Of a stretch of DNA of 64,000 nucleotides, positions 59,126 to 64,000 are shown piece by piece. The translations under genes and the position numbers were made by a program. This DNA is from Gracilinanus agilis. Lineage: Eukaryota. The notes under the pieces are model-generated. The model saw only the letters and a program-made list of their open reading frames with translations, searched no databases and was not told where the DNA came from. The stretch covers positions 16,905,261-16,969,260 of the forward strand of contig NC_058132.1 of NCBI RefSeq assembly GCF_016433145.1, in the 5' to 3' direction. Each line of letters begins with the position of its first letter. Position 1 is the stretch's first letter.

Positions 59126-61241
59126 CTCTAGGCTATGGAAGATGGTGCCTCAGAAGCCCCAGAGCGGGAGTCAAGAGCTCTTGTGGATTCGGGGGTCCCT
59201 GACTCACGTGCCACCCAACCCTTTGGGCAAGGATCCTGCACCTCTCCGGGCCTCGGTTTCCCCATTTGTCAAATGAGATTGGACTCTCGTCCTTAAAGAT
59301 CTTGCAGCTCTGACGCTGTCTGCCTCCCGGCTGCCTCCTCCATTTTGCCTTCTCTGCAGCCCATCCCCACGCCTCAGTCTATCTCTTATTAACACAGCGG
59401 GGGGATCGCTCCTTACATCTGCACATTCTGATCTCATTCAAGGAGTCACCCCCATATTTCACTCGTTGGCAAACCAAGGCCCAGAGCCGGCGAGTGACTC
59501 GCTCGCCCAGGGGTGGCCTAGAAGCAGCAGAGTTTCGGAATGGAAGAAGGACCGTCAGGATGGATTTGGTCCGCCACTTCCTCTCCCCCATACAGCCTCT
59601 CACATCTCACAGGGGACCTTTGTTTGTCTTGAGCCAACGTGGCCCCCCCGGCCGTGGCCTTGGTGGAAGGCATGGAGCCCCGATCCAGGCTTCGGACAAC
59701 CCGGGCGAGTCAGGTCTCGCTTCCTGTCTCTAGGCCTCAGTGACTTCCTCTGTAAAATTCTGGGGTCGCACTAGAGGACCACCATTGAGGTCTCTTCTGG
59801 TCCCAGGGGTCTCTGAAGCTACGGTCCTGGTTCCCAGTGGCGTCCTCTGTTGCCACCAAGAGGAGGGCCGGTTCTCTACCCATTGGGTCGCCCCATCCCA
59901 AACTCTTGCTCTCTTTCTGGGTCCCCTCTCATTCTGTCCTATCCTGGGGTCCCAGCGAGGGGGAGGGATGGGGGGCGCCTCAGATAAACAGCAGAAGGGG
60001 GAGGACTGGAGAAAGCTGACTCGTCTCTCCCTCCTTCGCATAGGGTCCACGAGTGGCAGACCCTGGGAGAGTCTACGGGGAAGCTGGGGTTCCTCCCCCG
60101 CCCACCCCCAACAGACACACTCGAGCCTTCCTCCCCTCAGCCCCCTGGATGGTGCTTTGGCTTTTGCAAGTATGATTATCATCTACATGGAAAGTAAGGA
60201 ATAGAACCCCAACCCCACCTTCCCAACACCCAGGATCTCTCTTCCCTTCTTCTGTTCCATGGAAGGTCCAAGATGTCCAAGCAGCAAACTACAGCGTCCA
60301 TAGGGCAGTCAGTAGAATCACACCATCCCTGCCCACCCCCCCACCCGAGATCCTTTCCTCCCTAGGCGGGGGGCTGAGACTGGGGGATCGGGCCCGGCAC
60401 TCCCCACCCCTGCCCGGCCCCCGCTTCCCCACGACAAGTTCCGAATGTTGGACTACCAGTCCACAGTGCCCATGAGACCAGCTGCCCTGAGTGCCCACAC
60501 CTGGGGTCTAGCCTTCCATGCAGAGCTCTGGGGGATTCGGGTGGCCACCTTAGAGGAGCCCCTTCTTCCCACACCCAAAGCCTCCCTTCTCCATGGCCTC
60601 CTTCTCCATGGAAGGTCTAGGATATCTGGCTACAAGCCCAGAGGAGAAAAGAGGGCATCGGGCTTAAGGCCTCCCACACTGGGGTTCCTCCTCCTCTTTG
60701 GGGAGGCTCTGGGGTATTTGAGCAGCAGCTGGCATCTGTAGAAGAGACTGGGGGAAATCCACTCAGCCCCGGCCCGGCCTCCGGAGTGCTCCTCCCCTCC
60801 CTTCCCTGGAGGGTCTGGGGTATCTGAGACACCTGGCACAGGGCCGAGAGGGGCCAGGTCACCTTTGCCCCCAACCCCGACCAAGCTCTCTTATCTTGGG
60901 GAACCAGGTGGCAGGCCCTGGGGATCCATCATGGCGAGCCAGAGAATCGGGCTCCTTCCTCTTGCCCCGAGCGGCCCCCTCCTCTCCTTTCAAGGTTCCG
61001 GGGTCCACTGGATGCCTTGGAGAATTGGGGTCTAGCCCCTCCTACCTCAACCCTGGGCTCCCCCCTCCCCCTCCACCCTGGGGCTGGTTCTGGGGGGCCC
61101 AGCTGAAGACCACAGAGGTCCGAAGGGCAGCCAGGGGAATTAGACCTAGATTCTGGGTCCCCGGGGCCTCTCTTCCCTTCTTCCCTCTGGGTTGCCCCGA
61201 TCTCACCCACATTGGGTACCGTCACCCCCAAATCAACTCAC

Positions 61242-61310
61242 ATTCACAGAGGAATTTCCCACACCCCTCAGACTCTCCCCGCCCACGGGGTCTCTCCCCG
61301 TTTGCCTGGG
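61242..61310 (-). other. IRGC: Candidate IRGC non-coding exon 1
   Basis: Donor AAT|GTGAGT at 61241; acceptor with long pyrimidine tract at about 58827-58834; IRGC is known to have a 5' untranslated exon. Confidence 0.65.
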
Positions 61311-61311
61311 C

Positions 61312-61385
61312 TCAGACCCCGTTGCTAGGGGCCATTATAACAGGGGCTAGCGGCTGATTGGCTGGCTCCGCCCGGCCGGGTAACA
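61312..61385 (-). promoter_or_regulatory. IRGC: IRGC core promoter
   Basis: Minus strand order: GC box GGGCGG (61368-61373), CCAAT (61357-61361), TTATAAT (61334-61340). Confidence 0.7.
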
Positions 61386-61649
61386 CCAGCGGTGGTCCGG
61401 GCCAACAATGCCCACTAGGGTGACCTCATGAGTGAAGCCTGAGGGGGGGAGGGGAAGGAAGAGATGCCTCCCCCCCTCGCTGATCCAGTTATTGGCCCCC
61501 GGTTCCTTCAGCAAACATTTACTGAGCTCCCACTGAGCTCAGGGTCCCATACGGGAAACTGAGGTAAATAAGTCATGGCCTCTCTGTGCTTAGGGTGTTC
61601 ACATTCTAGAGGAACCCATGGCCTGGCAGAGGGATGTCAGTCACATACA

Positions 61650-62163
61650 NNNNNNNNNNNNNNNNNNNNNNNNNNNNNNNNNNNNNNNNNNNNNNNNNNN
61701 NNNNNNNNNNNNNNNNNNNNNNNNNNNNNNNNNNNNNNNNNNNNNNNNNNNNNNNNNNNNNNNNNNNNNNNNNNNNNNNNNNNNNNNNNNNNNNNNNNNN
61801 NNNNNNNNNNNNNNNNNNNNNNNNNNNNNNNNNNNNNNNNNNNNNNNNNNNNNNNNNNNNNNNNNNNNNNNNNNNNNNNNNNNNNNNNNNNNNNNNNNNN
61901 NNNNNNNNNNNNNNNNNNNNNNNNNNNNNNNNNNNNNNNNNNNNNNNNNNNNNNNNNNNNNNNNNNNNNNNNNNNNNNNNNNNNNNNNNNNNNNNNNNNN
62001 NNNNNNNNNNNNNNNNNNNNNNNNNNNNNNNNNNNNNNNNNNNNNNNNNNNNNNNNNNNNNNNNNNNNNNNNNNNNNNNNNNNNNNNNNNNNNNNNNNNN
62101 NNNNNNNNNNNNNNNNNNNNNNNNNNNNNNNNNNNNNNNNNNNNNNNNNNNNNNNNNNNNNNN
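61650..62163. other. Assembly gap
   Basis: N run. Confidence 1.
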
Positions 62164-62445
62164 TCTCCCCTTTCCCCCCTCTTCTTTCTCCCTCCTCTTT
62201 CTCTCTCTCCCTCCTCTTTCTCTCTCTCCCTCTGTCTCCGTCTCCCCATCTTTCCCCCTCTTTCTTCTCTCTTTCTCCCTCCTTCTTTCTCTCCTCCTCT
62301 TCTCCTCTTCCTCTCTCTCCCTCCTCTTCTCTTTCTCTCTCTCCCTCACTTTCTCTCCCCCCTCTCTTCTCCCTCTCTCACTCCTCCTCTCTCTCTCCTT
62401 TCTCTTTCTATCTCTCCCTCTTCCCTTTTTTCTCCTTCTGCCTCT
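62164..62445. repeat. CT-rich low-complexity tract
   Basis: Near-pure pyrimidine run. Confidence 0.9.
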
Positions 62446-62462
62446 TCAAACAATATCAACCT

Positions 62463-62655
62463 GGGGGTAGCTAGATGGATAGAGAATCAGGTCTGGAGAG
62501 GCAAGGCCCTGGGTTCAAATGTAACCTCAGACACTTCCCAGCCGTGTGACCCTGGGCAAGTCACTTCACCCTCATTGCCTAGCCCTTCCCACTCCTCAGC
62601 CTGGGAACTAATACCTAGTATAGATTCCAAGCCAGAAGGTAAGGGTTTAAAAAGA
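62463..62655 (+). mobile_element. SINE1_Mdo-type SINE
   Basis: Family consensus. Confidence 0.85.
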
Positions 62656-63522
62656 AATGTTGTTTTTTTCCCAAACAATATCAGCCTGTGTGCTCTTTGG
62701 GCCACATCCCTGACCCTCAGTTTCCCCCACTGTTACGTGGAAGGGGTTGGACCAGGACCAGAGGTGTAGAACTGGTAAGGCCTTCGAGGTCACTGAGCTG
62801 GACACGCTCATTTGGCGGATAAGGAAACTGAACCCTAGAGTGGGTGAGTGACTTGCCGAAGGTCACCGCGCTAGGAAGTAGGATGGGGGGAACCAAACAG
62901 CCTAGGATTTGAACCCGGACTCAAAGCCTTGCTGCCATCGCCATTCTGTGTCTGTATCCAGCGTGTGGGGTGTCCGAGGAGCTCAGAGTTGTCTGGGGAC
63001 AACTTCCTGGAATGGGACGGAGGCTGCGCTTGGCAGCTCTTTGGGGGAGGAGAAGACTCCGGGGTCTCCCTAGGCCGCCCCGTGGTGGGCTCTGTCGGCC
63101 TGGAAGCTTCCATGGATTCCGCTTCTCCAGCCTGGCCTTCGGCGGCCTGGTAGCTCCGGCCTCCAGTGATCCCCAACCTCTGCCTCTCCAGGACACATCA
63201 AGGGGCGAGGGGGGTGCAAAGGGGAGTCCTCCTCCTCGGAGACTGAGGGGGTCCCCGGGGAGCTGAGAACCCAGCTTGGCTGTTGCGGGGACGACAAGGT
63301 GAGGAGGGGGAGAGTTCAAGAAAGACATTGAACGTGTCGGGAAATGAGCTGCTGTATAATTTGTGGCTGACCCTTGTGGGGGGACTTCTGGGGTTCTGAG
63401 GGTAGAGAGGGTCTTCCGGGCTGGCTGCGGGGCCCGGGGGGCTCCCTGGAGGAGAGTTCCGGGCGTCAGGCAGAAGAGAGGCTCTTCTGGCCTAAAGCAG
63501 GGCAGGCGAGCAAGGAATGGGC

Positions 63523-63752
63523 TCAGGCAAGCCAAGCGGCCGTCCACACGCCCAACAGGGCTGGGAGGAGGGCACGATGGACGGACCGAGTGGCTGCGTT
63601 GCGGCGCTCGCACTCGAAGCCCATCACGGCCCGATGAGAGGAACCGCAGTCTGGCTTCCCAACAAGCCTGTAGCCCAGACCCACGACCTGGTTCTCCGGC
63701 ATTTGGCACAGGTTCTTCGAGCCGCATCCTTGCACGGTGACGTTTGGGCCTC
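63523..63752 (-). CDS. Terminal coding exon of a GPI-anchored Ly6/uPAR (LU-domain) protein, PINLYP/CD177/LYPD8-like; upstream exons lie beyond the window
   Basis: Acceptor cctttccccag|GA, phase 1; GPNVTVQGCGSKNLCQ...GKPDC then a spacer and a hydrophobic tail RALLPALLGVWTAAWLA-stop. Confidence 0.72.
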
Positions 63753-64000
63753 CTGGGGAAAGGATGGATCCGGGGAAGTCTCCGAGTCTCGGGAGCCACC
63801 CTTCCTCCTCCCAGAAGCAGCCTTCGAACCCAGAGCCCAACCAGAGCTGGACGGGACCCTGGACATCTTGAAGCCCGATCCCTTCCTTTCAAAGATGGCG
63901 GGACGAGGCCCCCGAGAGGGGCGAGACCTGCCCAAAGCTCTCACCGAGGATGAGCCAGCAGACAACGGGCAAGGCTCCCGCTTCCTAAAACCCGGTCCCA

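Noticed and set aside
63920-64000. Possible preceding LU exon ending at a GTGAGA donor near 63945 (- strand)
   Set aside because: The phase-1 frame has a stop just upstream and no LU cysteine pattern

Overview
Marsupial genomic DNA, most likely a didelphid opossum (inferred from about 20 SINE1_Mdo-type CORE-SINEs, Mar1 elements and a 7SL-derived element). It is syntenic with the human 19q13.31 block KCNN4-SMG9-IRGC in inverted orientation. On the + strand: KCNN4 exons 2-9 (exon 1 is upstream of the window) and a complete SMG9 (13 coding exons, 523 aa). On the - strand: an intact IRGC (464 aa, single coding exon) and, directly downstream, a second immunity-related GTPase gene that the ORF track splits in two. 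This second gene is a 385-aa GKS-class IRG whose CDS is interrupted by a 5.46-kb phase-1 intron at the end of G-domain helix 4. It has its own copy of the IRGC promoter/non-coding exon 1 module, a GAS-like site and a Thr-to-Ile change at the switch I (G2) threonine. The window ends with the terminal exon of a GPI-anchored Ly6/uPAR-family gene (- strand). Repeats include a truncated L1 with nested insertions, L2/L3 relics, hAT MITEs with TSDs, a solo LTR, an LTR+PBS element with inverted U3 ends, minisatellites and four assembly gaps. All family assignments come from recalled sequences, not database searches. Repeat boundaries are approximate.
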